DNA of 64,000 nt, from positions 3,584,001 through 3,648,000 of the forward strand of contig JASGJH010000001.1 of NCBI GenBank assembly GCA_047601445.1, read 5' to 3'. The notes below the pieces were generated by a model, which saw only the letters and a list, made by a program, of their open reading frames with translations, was not told where the DNA came from and ran no database searches. Shown piece by piece: positions 31,951-42,902 of this stretch. Within the stretch, counting starts at the first letter, position 1, and each line of letters starts with the position of its first letter. A program made the position numbers and the translations under genes. The DNA comes from Myxococcales bacterium. GTDB lineage: Bacteria > Myxococcota_A > Polyangia > Polyangiales > DASUME01.

Positions 31951-33832
31951 ATGCCCTTCGTTCGCCGTTCTGTCCTTGGCCTCGCTTTCGCAGCGCTCAC
32001 GGCGTGCGGTTCGCCGCCGGCCACGACTACGGGCGGGGGCAACGGCTCCCTTGACGGTCCGGGCGATGGCGACGGGGACGACGCTCCGGGCGACGGGGAT
32101 GGCGACGGCAACGGAAAGCCCCAGGCCCCGGTCTCCCTCAAGTCCTGCGGCAGCGACAACCCGGCGGGCCTCAGCGACAAGGACGTGAAGACACTGCTGG
32201 CCGGCGGGGAGCCCGGCGACATGCGCTTCGTCTATCCCTACGACGGCACCGTGTTCCCGCGCGGCTTGGCTGCTCCCATCTTGATGTGGGACGGCGCGGG
32301 CGACGGCGCGAACGCGGTGTACGTGCACATGAAGTCGAGCGCCTTCGAGTTCGAGGGTTGCCTCAAGCCCAGCGCCAAGGGGCAGATCGCGCTCCCGCAA
32401 AACGTGTGGGAACAGGCAGCCGCGGGCACGGGCGGCAAGAGCGACCCCTTCCAGCTCGAGCTCTCGGTGCTGAGCGGAGGCAAAGCCAAGGGCCCCATCA
32501 AGCGCGCGATCGTCATCGCCCCCGGCAGCCTCAAGGGGTCCGTCTTCTACAACAGCTACAGCTCCTCCATCGCGCGCAAGGCGGGAGCCACGGGTGGCGC
32601 CGTACTGCGCATCCCGCCGGGTGGCAGCGCCGAGATGTTCGTGGGCAAAAACGGCTGTGCCGGCTGCCATGGGGCGTCGGCGGACGGCAAGCGTCTGGTC
32701 ACGAGCGAGGGCGTCTACAAGCTCACCCCCGACATCGGCGTGAACCCTCCGCGCGAGCGCCAGACCACCACCGAGTTCGCGGGCCTCACCCCCGATGGCT
32801 CCGTGTACGCCTATCAGGGCAAGGTGTTCGAGACCGACTCGGGCTCTCAGCTCATGAACACGGGCTTGCCGACCTCGGCCATGGAAATCGCCTGGTCTCC
32901 CGATGGACGCTGGGTCTCCTTCATCGACGGTCCTGTGGATCCGCGCGGCGGCCCGGTGGCCGCCATCCCCCTGCCCTGCGTGCTCCCCAACGTCCCGCCG
33001 GGCTGCGGCACGGCTATGGCACCGGGACCGAGCAGCGGCGGCAACAACGGCCTGCTCACCATCATGAGTTGGGACAAGACCGCCCGCACCATGGGCGACA
33101 AGCGACGCATCACCAACCTGAGCGACCAGGCGCAGTGGCCGCTGTTTTTGCCCGACAACAAGGGCCTCATCTACACGGATACCGCCACCAACGACCTGTT
33201 GATCCTCGATGTGGCATCCGGCACCTCCACCGTGTTGGCCAAGGCCATGGGCTTCAAGAGCGTGCAAGACGTGAAGGACAACAAGACCTTCCTCCCCTAC
33301 GCCGCTGACGGCGAAGCGCGCCAGGCCTACTTTCCCACCGTCGCGCCCGTGGCTGCAGGCGGCTATTTCTGGGTCTACTTCGACACGCCTCGCCGCTACG
33401 GCAACATGAACACGAGCAAGATTCGACTCCGGCCTCACGGACCCGAGCGGCATCGTGAACGCGATCTTGCCCAGCCTGAACATCCCGGGGGCCGGCAGCT
33501 TCACCGCCTCCAAGCAGCTGTGGGTCACAGCCATCGAGATCTCCCCCGACGGCACCTACAAGGGCGACCCGAGCGCGCCGCCCTTCTATCTCCCGGGCCA
33601 GGAGATGGGCGCCAACAATCACCGCGCCTTCTCGGCTCTCGACCCCTGCCTCGACGAGGGCGAGACCTGCGACAGTGGCATCAAGTGTTGCTCGGGTTTC
33701 TGCAGCGAAGATCAGTGTGTGCCCCCGCCCAGCCGCTGCGCCGAGACCGAAGAAGCCTGCTCGTCCAATTCAGACTGCTGCGACTCGGCCGACCAGTGCA
33801 TCGGCGGCTTCTGCAGCATCGTGCTGCTCTGA
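31951..33832 (+). CDS. Lipoprotein with TolB/WD40-like propeller and Cys-rich C-terminus; +1 frameshift at ~33422
   Basis: Lipobox LTAC, GDGDGD linker, YPYDGTVFPRGL, WSPDGRW, RRYGN; tail CDSGIKCCSGFC...CSSNSDCCD joined by removing a T from GATTC (33420-33424). Confidence 0.8.
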
Positions 33833-33961
33833 GCAGAGGACTCGGCGCCCCCCAAGGACGCGCTGAGCGCCTCACCGGCGCACCCGTTTTTTGCTCGCCG
33901 CTCGGCCCCCCAGGCACAATTGGAGGGCCCCTAGAATGGGCGAGTAAAGCAGGGATGTCGC

Positions 33962-34240
33962 GTGCTCGGTCTGACGATCCGGATTCTCGTCCTGTGCAGC
34001 GTGGTGTTTGCCGTGGTCTACGGCATCACCCGGGCGCTGCGCGCGAAGATCCAGGAGAGCCAGGTCGCGCGCATCCAGGCTGAAATCCGCGACCTTGGGT
34101 ATGCGGTGAAGGCCGGCAGCGTAGATGCGGAGACGTACGCCGCGCGCGCCGAGCAGATCCGGCGTGCCTGCGAGGACCTCGGCGTGGAGGTCCCGGACTT
34201 GCCCCTGCGATTGCCCGAGGGCGACGAAAGAGACGGTTGA
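33962..34240 (+). CDS. Small single-TM membrane protein, first gene of the SPFH operon
   Basis: N-terminal TM helix followed by a short helical domain; abuts the SPFH gene. Confidence 0.7.
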   Translation: MLGLTIRILVLCSVVFAVVYGITRALRAKIQESQVARIQAEIRDLGYAVKAGSVDAETYAARAEQIRRACEDLGVEVPDLPLRLPEGDERDG

Positions 34241-35302
34241 ATGCGTATCCCGTGGCTTCCCGACAACGTCGTGAAGTGGCTCTGGCCTGCCTTGGCCGTG
34301 CTGCTCACCGTGTTCCTGCTGGCCTCCTCGGTGGTGGACATCGAGCCTGGCGAGGTCGCCGTGCGAGTCAACAACCTGACGGGGGACCAAACACCCATCG
34401 TCACGCCGGGCTGGACCACGCGCATCCCGTTCGTGCACTCGCTGCACGTGCTCGACGGAGCTCCCCAGAGCTTCTCCATGCGGGGCAACAAGGACGAGAG
34501 TGACTTGGTGGTCGCCCAGCTCACGGTGCGCGCCAGCGACGGCTCGAACTTCCACTTCGCCGACACCACGCTGAACTTCCAGCTCAAGGGAGAGGAGGCC
34601 GTGCGCGCCATCCGCGATAGCGGCCTGGGCGACGGCTTCAAGAACTGGCTGCGCCCCTACGTGCGCTCCATCTTGCGCGACGAGTTCGGGCGTGAGTCCA
34701 CCATCGCGGTCTCGAACCCCACCGCCTACGCTCAGGCCACCGATCGCGCGCGCGAGCGTTTGAACAAGGTGCTCGGCCCCCACGGCATCGTGGTCACGCA
34801 GCTGGTCACGCCACGGCCCCAATTCAACGATTCCTACGAGCACGCCATCGAAGAGCGCAACCGTCTGGGCAACGAGCTGCAGGTGATCACCTCGAACCTC
34901 GACCGCTCCGCCACCGAGCGCGACCGCCGCATCGCCGAGGTCGATCAGGCGCAGAACCGCGTGATCCAGGAGCGCCGTGCCTCGCTCGAGACCGACCTGG
35001 CGCGCGCCGTGGCCGAGCTCGCCGAGACCAAGCGCACCGCGGACACCTATCGCATCGGCAAGATCGCCGAGGGCCAGGCCGCCTTGAGCGCCGCGACTCA
35101 GACCGCCACGCAGCTGCAAGCGGAGCTCGACGCCAAGTACGCCTCGAAGCGCGCCGAGATCGAGGCTTTTCGCATCCAGCCCGTGGAGCGCGTGATGGAA
35201 CGCCTGGGTGAACGCCTCTCGGACGTGACCATCAACATTCAACCCTACGCCGACGACGCCACGCCGGCGCGCGTTCGCTACGAAGACGTGAGGGCACCAT
35301 GA
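34241..35302 (+). CDS. SPFH/Band 7 domain protein
   Basis: TM helix, VDIEPGEVAVRVN, VRASDG, VRSILRDEFG, long coiled coil. Confidence 0.85.
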   Translation: MRIPWLPDNVVKWLWPALAVLLTVFLLASSVVDIEPGEVAVRVNNLTGDQTPIVTPGWTTRIPFVHSLHVLDGAPQSFSMRGNKDESDLVVAQLTVRASDGSNFHFADTTLNFQLKGEEAVRAIRDSGLGDGFKNWLRPYVRSILRDEFGRESTIAVSNPTAYAQATDRARERLNKVLGPHGIVVTQLVTPRPQFNDSYEHAIEERNRLGNELQVITSNLDRSATERDRRIAEVDQAQNRVIQERRASLETDLARAVAELAETKRTADTYRIGKIAEGQAALSAATQTATQLQAELDAKYASKRAEIEAFRIQPVERVMERLGERLSDVTINIQPYADDATPARVRYEDVRAP

Positions 35303-36564
35303 TCGGCAGTATCCGTCGACCCAAGAAGAACCAATCGGAAGACGAGCCGAGCGAGAAGGCCCCCGATTCCAAGCTGCTGACGCTCTCCCGCATCTACGTG
35401 CTGGGCTTCTTCGGCTTCGTGCTGCTGCGAGCCTGTGGACTCACCACGGTGGAGGCGGGCACGGTGGGCGTTCGTTACAACAACGCGCTCGGCCTGCACC
35501 AGCACGACCTCGAGCCGGGCTATCACATGGAGCTCACCGGATTGCAGCGCGTGTACCGCCTGCCCACGAGCTATCTGATCGTCAACTACGAAGGCTCCGA
35601 CAGCTTCAGCGTCCGCACCAAGGACAACAACACCATCCTGCTCGACGTGTCGATCCCATACCGTATCAAGCCGGGTCAGGCCTGGAAGGTGATGGACGCG
35701 GGCAACCATCTCGACACGGGTGACGGCAAGTATCGCTTCCAGCGCTTCGCCGAGCAGACCGCTACCGGCGTACTGCGCGAACACTTGGCCGAGCTGCAAA
35801 GCGAGGACTTTTACAACACCACGCGCCGTCTGGAGGTCACCACGGAAGCGCTCAAGGTGCTCAACAGGCAGCTCGATGCCTACCACCTCGAGGCTCTCAC
35901 GATCCTGGTGCGCGCGACCTATTTCCGCGAGGAGTACGAGAATCAGCTGGCGCGCATCCAGCTCAACGAGCAGCAGAAGCTGCTCGATGGCGCCAAGCGG
36001 GCGGTGGCCGAGCGTCAGCAGGATCTCGACAACTTCGAGCAGCAATCGAACGCCATGGTGTCCGCCAAGGAGCAGGACTGGGCCGAGCGCATCGCCGAGC
36101 TCGACCGCGCCTATCAGGTCGGCTCCATCGAGACGGGCAACGACCGAACGCCCGGGGCCGCGCGCAAACTGCTCGGCACGCTCTCCGAGGAGAAGCAGGC
36201 CGAGCTGGTGACCAAGGCGGGTCAGGTGTTCGGCATCGAAGAGACCCGCGTCACGGATGCCCACCTGTTGGGCATCAAGAACGTGGAGGCGGAGAAGACG
36301 GAGTACGAGCAGCGTGTGAACGCCGAGGCCGACGCCGTAGCGGCGCGCCTCAACGCCGAGGGTGAGGCCAAAGTGGCCGTAATCAAGGGAGCCTACGAGA
36401 CGCGCGTCAACCAGCTGCTCTCGAGTCCGGCGGGTCGCGCCTATGTGGCCTACAACGTCGCCAACCAAGTGAACTTCGCAGATACGCTCACCTTCCAGAG
36501 CAGCGATGGAGTGCCCTCGGTGCTGGATTTGGGGTTGTTGGCGAGGAAGCTGATGGGCCGCTAG
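35299..36564 (+). CDS. SPFH/Band 7 domain protein
   Basis: TM helix, TVEAGTVGVRYN, VRTKDNN, VLREHLAEL, coiled coil; ATGA overlap. Confidence 0.85.
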   Translation: MIGSIRRPKKNQSEDEPSEKAPDSKLLTLSRIYVLGFFGFVLLRACGLTTVEAGTVGVRYNNALGLHQHDLEPGYHMELTGLQRVYRLPTSYLIVNYEGSDSFSVRTKDNNTILLDVSIPYRIKPGQAWKVMDAGNHLDTGDGKYRFQRFAEQTATGVLREHLAELQSEDFYNTTRRLEVTTEALKVLNRQLDAYHLEALTILVRATYFREEYENQLARIQLNEQQKLLDGAKRAVAERQQDLDNFEQQSNAMVSAKEQDWAERIAELDRAYQVGSIETGNDRTPGAARKLLGTLSEEKQAELVTKAGQVFGIEETRVTDAHLLGIKNVEAEKTEYEQRVNAEADAVAARLNAEGEAKVAVIKGAYETRVNQLLSSPAGRAYVAYNVANQVNFADTLTFQSSDGVPSVLDLGLLARKLMGR

Positions 36565-36708
36565 GGAGAGGCTGACGGCTTAGGCTGGGTAACCGTCCAT
36601 CGCCGTCGCTCTCGACCGCGGATTGATCGATGGTCACACGGGGCACGGGCTCGTTTACAAACCGCAAGACGCGTGCCCAAACGGCGCCGGCCTGACATCC
36701 TTGGGCTC

Positions 36709-37368
36709 GTGTTACCCCTCGCTCCGAGCCACGTCATCTTCGATCTCGACGGCACTTTGCTCGATACCGAGCCCCTCTACACCCAGGCAGCCCAGGCTGT
36801 GGTCGGTCGCTTCGGCAAGACCTACGACTGGAGCATCAAGCGCCACACCATCGGCGGCGATCCCCACTCCGGCGCGCGCTTCGTGGTGGACACACTGAAG
36901 CTGCCGATCTCTCCGCAGCAATACCTCGAGGAGCGCGAGGGCATGATGCGCGAGCTGTGCAAGACGGCGCGCCCGAAGCCAGGTGCCCAGGGATTGGTGG
37001 AGAACCTCAGCCGACGCGGCATCCCCCTTGCCATCGGCACCAGCAGCGGCCGAGAGTTGTGCGAGATCAAGCTGGCTCCCCACGCCTTCATGGGGCACTT
37101 CCGCAGCGTGGTGTGCAGCGACGACCCGGGTATCCGCGGTGGCAAGCCCGCTCCCGACATCTTCCTGAAGGCCGCCGCCGAGCTCGGCGCGGAGCCCGCC
37201 CGCTGCTTGGTGTTCGAGGACACCTTGATGGGGGTGCGCGCGGCGGTCGCGGCGGGCATGCAAGTGATCGTCGTGCCCGACGCCAACCTGAGCGATGTGG
37301 ACTTCAGCGCGGCCACCCACGTGCTCACGAGCCTGGAAGGGCTCGAGCTCGCGGCCTTGGGGCTGTAA
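36709..37368 (+). CDS. HAD-superfamily phosphatase (HDHD1/BPGM-like); start uncertain
   Basis: IFDLDGTLLDTE, GTSS, GKPAPDIF, LVFED. Confidence 0.9.
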   Translation: MLPLAPSHVIFDLDGTLLDTEPLYTQAAQAVVGRFGKTYDWSIKRHTIGGDPHSGARFVVDTLKLPISPQQYLEEREGMMRELCKTARPKPGAQGLVENLSRRGIPLAIGTSSGRELCEIKLAPHAFMGHFRSVVCSDDPGIRGGKPAPDIFLKAAAELGAEPARCLVFEDTLMGVRAAVAAGMQVIVVPDANLSDVDFSAATHVLTSLEGLELAALGL

Positions 37369-37515
37369 GCACGGGCAGTGAGCGCATCGAAGCGCTCACG
37401 AAAACCCGCTCTCTGTTACAGCCAGACTTCCGAACCGTTGCGTGATGCTGCCCGCGAGCTTTAGGCCTTGCGCGACCGTGCGACGTTGGGAACGGTTGCC
37501 ATGCGGAGGACGGCG

Positions 37516-39258
37516 ATGGCGAGCGAGAACCCGAAACCTAGCTTCATGCGGGCCCTGTGCATGGGGGACATCGAACAAGAGCTAATCTTTCCGTATCCCG
37601 AGCTGAGCGCGGAAAAGAAGGAGATCCTGCGCGACGTGCTCGGCTCGGTGGACGCCTTGCTCGGCAACCACGCGGGGGACTTCCGCAAGTGGGACCAGCA
37701 GGGCGAGTTCCCCATGAGCTTCATCGAGGAGCTGAAGCAGTTCGGCATGTTCGGCCTGGTCATCCCGGAGGAGTTCGGCGGCCTGGGCTTCCAGAGCGCC
37801 TCCTATTCGCGCACGCTGCAGCAGGTGGCGCGCTACGACGCCTCCGTGGCCGTGACTATCGGAGCCCACAGCTCCATCGGCATGCGCGGCCTACTCTTGT
37901 CGGGGACCGACGAGCAAAAAGCACGCTACTACCCCGACCTCGCGAGCGGCCGACGCATCGCAGCGTTCTGCCTCACCGAGCCGGGCTCGGGCTCGGACGC
38001 CAGCTCCATTCGCACCACGGCGGAGCTCGACGGGGACCACTGGGTGATCAACGGCGAGAAGCTCTGGATCACCAACGGCGGCATCGCCAGCTTCTTCACC
38101 GTGTTCGCCAAGACGCCTTCGGCGGGCAAAGGCAAGATGACCGCCTTCCTGGTGACGCCGGAGATGGGCGGCGTCACGCCCGGTCCCCATGAAGACAAGA
38201 TGGGCATCCGCGCCAGTAGCACCACCACGGTCACCTTCGACAACACGCGCGTGCCCGCGGACCACGTGCTCGGCGAGGTGGGCGCCGGCTTCAAGGTCGC
38301 GATGGCCATCTTGAACAACGGGCGCACCGGCCTGGGCGGAGGCTCCGTGGGCGCCATGAAGCACGTGATTTCCCTGGCGGCCCAGCACGCCCGGGATCGC
38401 AAGCAGTTCGGCAAGCCCATCTACGAGTTCGGTCTGATCAAGCAGAAACTCGGTCGCATGATGGTGGACTGCTACGCGGCCGAATCGGTGGTCAACCTGG
38501 TCGCTCACATGATCGACAGCAAGAGCCAGGACTACGCCGTGGAGGCCGCCATCTCCAAGATCTTCGCCAGCGAGGCCCTGTTCCGCGTCTCGGACGAGGC
38601 GCTGCAGATCGCGGCGGGCGTCGGCTACATGCGGGAGCTGCCCTACGAGCGTGTGGCGCGTGACGCGCGCATCATGCGCATCTTCGAGGGCACCAACGAG
38701 ATCCTGCGGCTGTTCGTGGCACTCACCGCGATGAGCGACGTCGGCGATCAGCTCAAGGACCTCGCCAGCGGTGTGAAGGGTGTCTTCGCGGATCCCATCA
38801 AGGGTTTCGGTGTATGGACCGACTACGCCAGGCGGCAGGCAGCACTGCGCACCGGCATCTCGGCCAGCAGCAAGCTGCAGGGCCTGCCCGAGTCGCTGCG
38901 CGACGTGAGCACCACCTTCGAGGACGCCACGCGCCAGCTGGCCCAGGGCGCCGACCGCATCCTGCGCAAGCACGGCCGCCACATCATCGGCAAGCAGCTC
39001 GCCACGCGACGGCTCTCGGACATCATGGTGGACCTGTTCGTGATGGCTGCGATGCTCAGTCGCGTGGGCACGAGCGTTGGACGCCAGGGGGCCCAGGCCA
39101 GCGAGAAGGAAATCGCCATCCTGCGCTCCTACGTGGGTCAGGCCAAGACGCGCATCGATCGCAACTTCGCCCGCATCGACGACAACGAAGACGAGCTGAT
39201 CAAGGCGCTGGGCGATCACGCCGTCGAGCACGAGGGTTATCCCTGGGACGTGCTGTGA
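37516..39258 (+). CDS. Acyl-CoA dehydrogenase (VLCAD/ACAD9-like, extended C-terminus)
   Basis: FCLTEPGSGSDA, NGEKLWITNG, KMGIRAS, RKQFG, RIFEGTNEI. Confidence 0.93.
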   Translation: MASENPKPSFMRALCMGDIEQELIFPYPELSAEKKEILRDVLGSVDALLGNHAGDFRKWDQQGEFPMSFIEELKQFGMFGLVIPEEFGGLGFQSASYSRTLQQVARYDASVAVTIGAHSSIGMRGLLLSGTDEQKARYYPDLASGRRIAAFCLTEPGSGSDASSIRTTAELDGDHWVINGEKLWITNGGIASFFTVFAKTPSAGKGKMTAFLVTPEMGGVTPGPHEDKMGIRASSTTTVTFDNTRVPADHVLGEVGAGFKVAMAILNNGRTGLGGGSVGAMKHVISLAAQHARDRKQFGKPIYEFGLIKQKLGRMMVDCYAAESVVNLVAHMIDSKSQDYAVEAAISKIFASEALFRVSDEALQIAAGVGYMRELPYERVARDARIMRIFEGTNEILRLFVALTAMSDVGDQLKDLASGVKGVFADPIKGFGVWTDYARRQAALRTGISASSKLQGLPESLRDVSTTFEDATRQLAQGADRILRKHGRHIIGKQLATRRLSDIMVDLFVMAAMLSRVGTSVGRQGAQASEKEIAILRSYVGQAKTRIDRNFARIDDNEDELIKALGDHAVEHEGYPWDVL

Positions 39259-39442
39259 TCGGCTCAGGTTGAATGGAGCCCATGGCTCGCACGGGTCGCC
39301 CAGTCTCGGCGCACGTCTCAGGGAGAGCGCCACCGTTCGCACGCAATGGACGTCCGCGGAAACGTGTGATGTCGGGCGGAGGCGGATGTCGTAGAAAAAA
39401 CGCCATTGCTCGAGGCGCCTCCTTCATCACTCTTGGGGGCAT

Positions 39443-39985
39443 ATGCCCTCGCTGACCCGCGTTTTTTTCAGCGCCGCTCTGGCCCTCGGCATCCACGCTT
39501 TCGCGCCACTCGCGCAGGCGGAAATGACCCCGGGCGAGCAGTTCCTCGGAGAGTATCGCGACATCTCGACGAGCCAGTCGCGGCAACGTATCGGCGACGC
39601 CATCAGCCGCGCCACTGCCCCCATGGGCATGCTGGTTCGCTCGGTGGCCAAGAAGCGGCTCGAAGAGGTGAACCCCGCCTACCCCAGCATCCGCATCACG
39701 CGTCGCGGCGATCTGCTGTCGGCGACCTTCGCGGGCCAGTCGTACGCAGCGAGCACGGACGGCACGCCACGCCGCAACGTCGCAGCGGACGGCTGCGCGG
39801 TGTACGTGTCCTATTCAGTGGAAGGCAATACGCTGCACGCACGCTACAAGGTGTCGGATGGGGAGAAGCGCTTCGACCTCACCCACGTCCCCGGCACTCC
39901 TCGGCTGGGCGTGCAAGTCACCGTGACGAGCAAGCGGCTGCCCAAGCCTGTGCTCTACGAGCTCGCCTACGTGAAAATGCCCTGA
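39443..39985 (+). CDS. Secreted hypothetical protein
   Basis: Signal peptide ending AQA; beta-rich C-terminal half. Confidence 0.7.
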   Translation: MPSLTRVFFSAALALGIHAFAPLAQAEMTPGEQFLGEYRDISTSQSRQRIGDAISRATAPMGMLVRSVAKKRLEEVNPAYPSIRITRRGDLLSATFAGQSYAASTDGTPRRNVAADGCAVYVSYSVEGNTLHARYKVSDGEKRFDLTHVPGTPRLGVQVTVTSKRLPKPVLYELAYVKMP

Positions 39986-40223
39986 GCCCCGCGCACCTGA
40001 GCTTGGAGAGCGGGGGCTCGGAGATTCGAGCGACACGGGATGTTGGAGCGAGAAAGGCGGTCCGCGCGGCCGTCACGCCGCAGCAAGCGCGGCGCACCAG
40101 GCTGATTGTTTACGATCCCTAACCACTGTGTCGGGCGCCGCGAGCCTTCCCCGGTGCTGTCATCAACGGTAGGTGTGTGCACGTCGAGGTTGACACCACA
40201 ACGCATCTCTCGAGGAAAGCACC

Positions 40224-40979
40224 ATGACTACCCATTCTCTCAAGAACAAGGTTGCGCTGATCGGCGGCGGCGCGAAGAACCTGGGCGGCCTACTCTCACG
40301 GACCTTCGCCTCCGAGGGCGCCAAGGTGATCGTGCACTACAACAGTGCGGCCACCAAGGCCGCCGCCGACGAGACGCTCGCCGCCATCGCGCGCGCCGGT
40401 GGTGAAGCCTTCGCCGTGCAGGCCGACCTCACGCGGGCCGCGAACGTCGCTCGCTTGTTCGACGAGGGAAAACAGCGCTTCGGACGAATCGACGTGGCCG
40501 TGAACACGGCCGGCAAGGTCCTGCGAAAGCCGATCATCGAGACGACCGAGGCCGAGTACGACGAGATGCTCGCGGTCAATGCCAAGGCCGCCTTCTTCTT
40601 CATCAAGGAGGCTGGCCGCACGCTCAACGAAGGCGGCAAGATCGTGACGATCGTCACCTCGTTGCTCGCGGCGTTCACCGATGGATACGCGACCTATGCT
40701 GGCGGCAAGTCCCCCGTCGAGCACTTCACGCGCGCCGCGGCCAAGGAGTTTGCAGGCCGGCGCATCTCCGTGACGGCCGTCGGACCGGGGCCCATGGACA
40801 CTCCCTTCTTCTATGGGCAGGAGACCCCGGAGCGCGTGGCCTTCCACAAGTCCCAGGCGATGACGGGACAACTCACGAAGATCGAGGACATCGTACCCAT
40901 CCTGAAGCACCTGGTGACCGACGGTTGGTGGATAACCGGCCAGACGATCTTCGCCAATGGGGGATACACCACGCGCTAG
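40224..40979 (+). CDS. Short-chain dehydrogenase/reductase
   Basis: GGGAKNLG, NTAG, YAGGK (YxxxK), GPGPMDT, ITGQTIFANGG. Confidence 0.93.
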   Translation: MTTHSLKNKVALIGGGAKNLGGLLSRTFASEGAKVIVHYNSAATKAAADETLAAIARAGGEAFAVQADLTRAANVARLFDEGKQRFGRIDVAVNTAGKVLRKPIIETTEAEYDEMLAVNAKAAFFFIKEAGRTLNEGGKIVTIVTSLLAAFTDGYATYAGGKSPVEHFTRAAAKEFAGRRISVTAVGPGPMDTPFFYGQETPERVAFHKSQAMTGQLTKIEDIVPILKHLVTDGWWITGQTIFANGGYTTR

Positions 40980-41042
40980 CTTTGCGCGGATGCCCGCCTT
41001 TATCGTATCGTGAGCCCGTTTCGACCCCCGAAGCGAGGCCCC

Positions 41043-42467
41043 GTGGACATCACTCCGCACATCGACCGCCCCCCCGCATCTGCCGCGAACGCTGGCGTCA
41101 CCACGGATCCCGCCGCGCTTCGCCGTATCATCTTCGCCGCCTCGCTCGGCACGTTGTTCGAGTGGTACGACTTCTATCTCTACGGCAGTCTGGCGACCTT
41201 CTTCGGGAGTCTGTTCTTCCCCGAGGGCAACGAGACGGCGCAGCTATTGGCGAGCCTGGCGACTTTCGGAGCCGGCTTCGGCGTACGTCCGCTCGGGGCG
41301 CTCGTGTTCGGACACATCGGCGATCGCGTGGGCCGCAAATACACCTTCATGGTGACCATGGCGCTGATGGGCTTCAGCACCGCGGCGATCGGACTCTTGC
41401 CCACCTACGCCACGCTCGGCTTGGGGGCCACCACCCTGCTCGTACTGCTGCGCTTGCTGCAGGGCCTTGCGCTCGGAGGTGAATACGGCGGTGCCGCCAC
41501 CTACGTCGCGGAGCACGTGCCGGATCACCAGCGCGGCTACTACACGAGCTTCATCCAAACCACGGCGACGCTGGGATTCTTGGTGAGCCTGGGCGTCATC
41601 GGCTGCTCCCGTGGCGTGCTCGGTGAGGAGCAGTTCCGCGCCTTCGGCTGGCGCATCCCGTTCCTGCTCTCCTTCGTGCTGCTCGCGGTCTCACTCTACA
41701 TCCGCGTGCGCATGCAGGAGTCACCGCTGTTCGCCAAGCTGCGCACCGAGAAGCGCGTGGTGGTGAATCCGCTCAAGGAGAGCTTCACCAACCCGCTCAA
41801 CCTCAAGTACGTACTGATCGCGCTGTTCGGTGTCACCGCGGGCCAGGGCGTGGTGTGGTACACGGGCCAGTTCTATGCGCTGACCTTCCTGCAGAGCGCG
41901 CTCAAGGTGGGTTGGCAGAGCGCCTATCTCATGATGGGCGTGGCATTGGGCCTGGCCACCCCGCTCTACGTGTTCTTCGGTTGGCTGTCCGACCGCGTGG
42001 GGCGCAAGAAGATCATGCTGCTCGGCATGGCGCTGGCTGCCCTGACCTACGTGCCCTTGTTCGTGGCCCTCCGCCAAGTGGCCACCCCGAGCAGCGCAGG
42101 AGCCTCTCTCTCCAACGCAAGCCTCGCGCTAGGAACGCTGATTCTGCTCGCCATGATGATCTACGGCTGCATGGTGTACGGCCCCATCGCGGCGTTCTTG
42201 GTGGAGCTCTTCCCCACGCAGATCCGCTACACCTCCATGTCCTTGCCTTACCACCTGGGCAACGGCTGGTTCGGCGGCTTTCTCCCGCTGATCGCCACCG
42301 CGGTGACCGCGTCCGATTGGGCCAAGCAGACCTTCGGAGAACACGCCATCTATACAGGCCTCGGCTATCCTATCGCCGTATGCGTGCTCAGCCTGGTGAT
42401 CGGAGGGCTGCTCGTGAGGGAGACCAAGGATCATCAGATCGATGCGGATGTGCATCTGGGCGGGTAG
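41043..42467 (+). CDS. MFS transporter, metabolite:H+ symporter family
   Basis: GTLFEWYDF, GDRVGRK, RLLQGLALGGE, WRIPFL. Confidence 0.93.
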   Translation: MDITPHIDRPPASAANAGVTTDPAALRRIIFAASLGTLFEWYDFYLYGSLATFFGSLFFPEGNETAQLLASLATFGAGFGVRPLGALVFGHIGDRVGRKYTFMVTMALMGFSTAAIGLLPTYATLGLGATTLLVLLRLLQGLALGGEYGGAATYVAEHVPDHQRGYYTSFIQTTATLGFLVSLGVIGCSRGVLGEEQFRAFGWRIPFLLSFVLLAVSLYIRVRMQESPLFAKLRTEKRVVVNPLKESFTNPLNLKYVLIALFGVTAGQGVVWYTGQFYALTFLQSALKVGWQSAYLMMGVALGLATPLYVFFGWLSDRVGRKKIMLLGMALAALTYVPLFVALRQVATPSSAGASLSNASLALGTLILLAMMIYGCMVYGPIAAFLVELFPTQIRYTSMSLPYHLGNGWFGGFLPLIATAVTASDWAKQTFGEHAIYTGLGYPIAVCVLSLVIGGLLVRETKDHQIDADVHLGG

Positions 42468-42719
42468 TCCCCGCACGGCCGGTTGGCCCTGAGCGCGGAA
42501 CCTCCGTGCACGCGCGACAACGCGATCGCCTACCCCGGCCAAAAAGGGGGGAACGCTGCCTGGGCAAGCCGAAGGCGCTGCCGCGCGTGCATCAAACGTC
42601 GACCGGCGGACAGACCGCTACTGGGGGATTTGAGCTGCTCCTGCTCGCCAGTGCCGACGTTGTGTGGTGCTCTTTCTTACGCAAATCCGCCCCGTTTTCT
42701 GCCCCCGACAGGCGCCGCC

Positions 42720-42834
42720 GGGCGCGTGCCCCCTTCGTGCGGGGGCCGTACACCGTGAGCGAAGCGGACCTCGCGGTGGAGTGGGTCCCGTCGCGGCTTC
42801 GCCGCGACGGGCGGGGAGGGCGCGTGCCCTCCCC
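42720..42834 (-). repeat. Third copy of the REP-like structured repeat (reverse orientation) plus a partial unit
   Basis: Reverse complement of 42764-42834 aligns with 30127-30197; GGGCACGCGCCC recurs 98 nt away. Confidence 0.8.
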
Positions 42835-42902
42835 GTTCGAAAAGGCGCGATCTCATTGCACGTTCGGCCTTGCGCTTGGCCGAGACGGTGCACACTTGGG
42901 GG

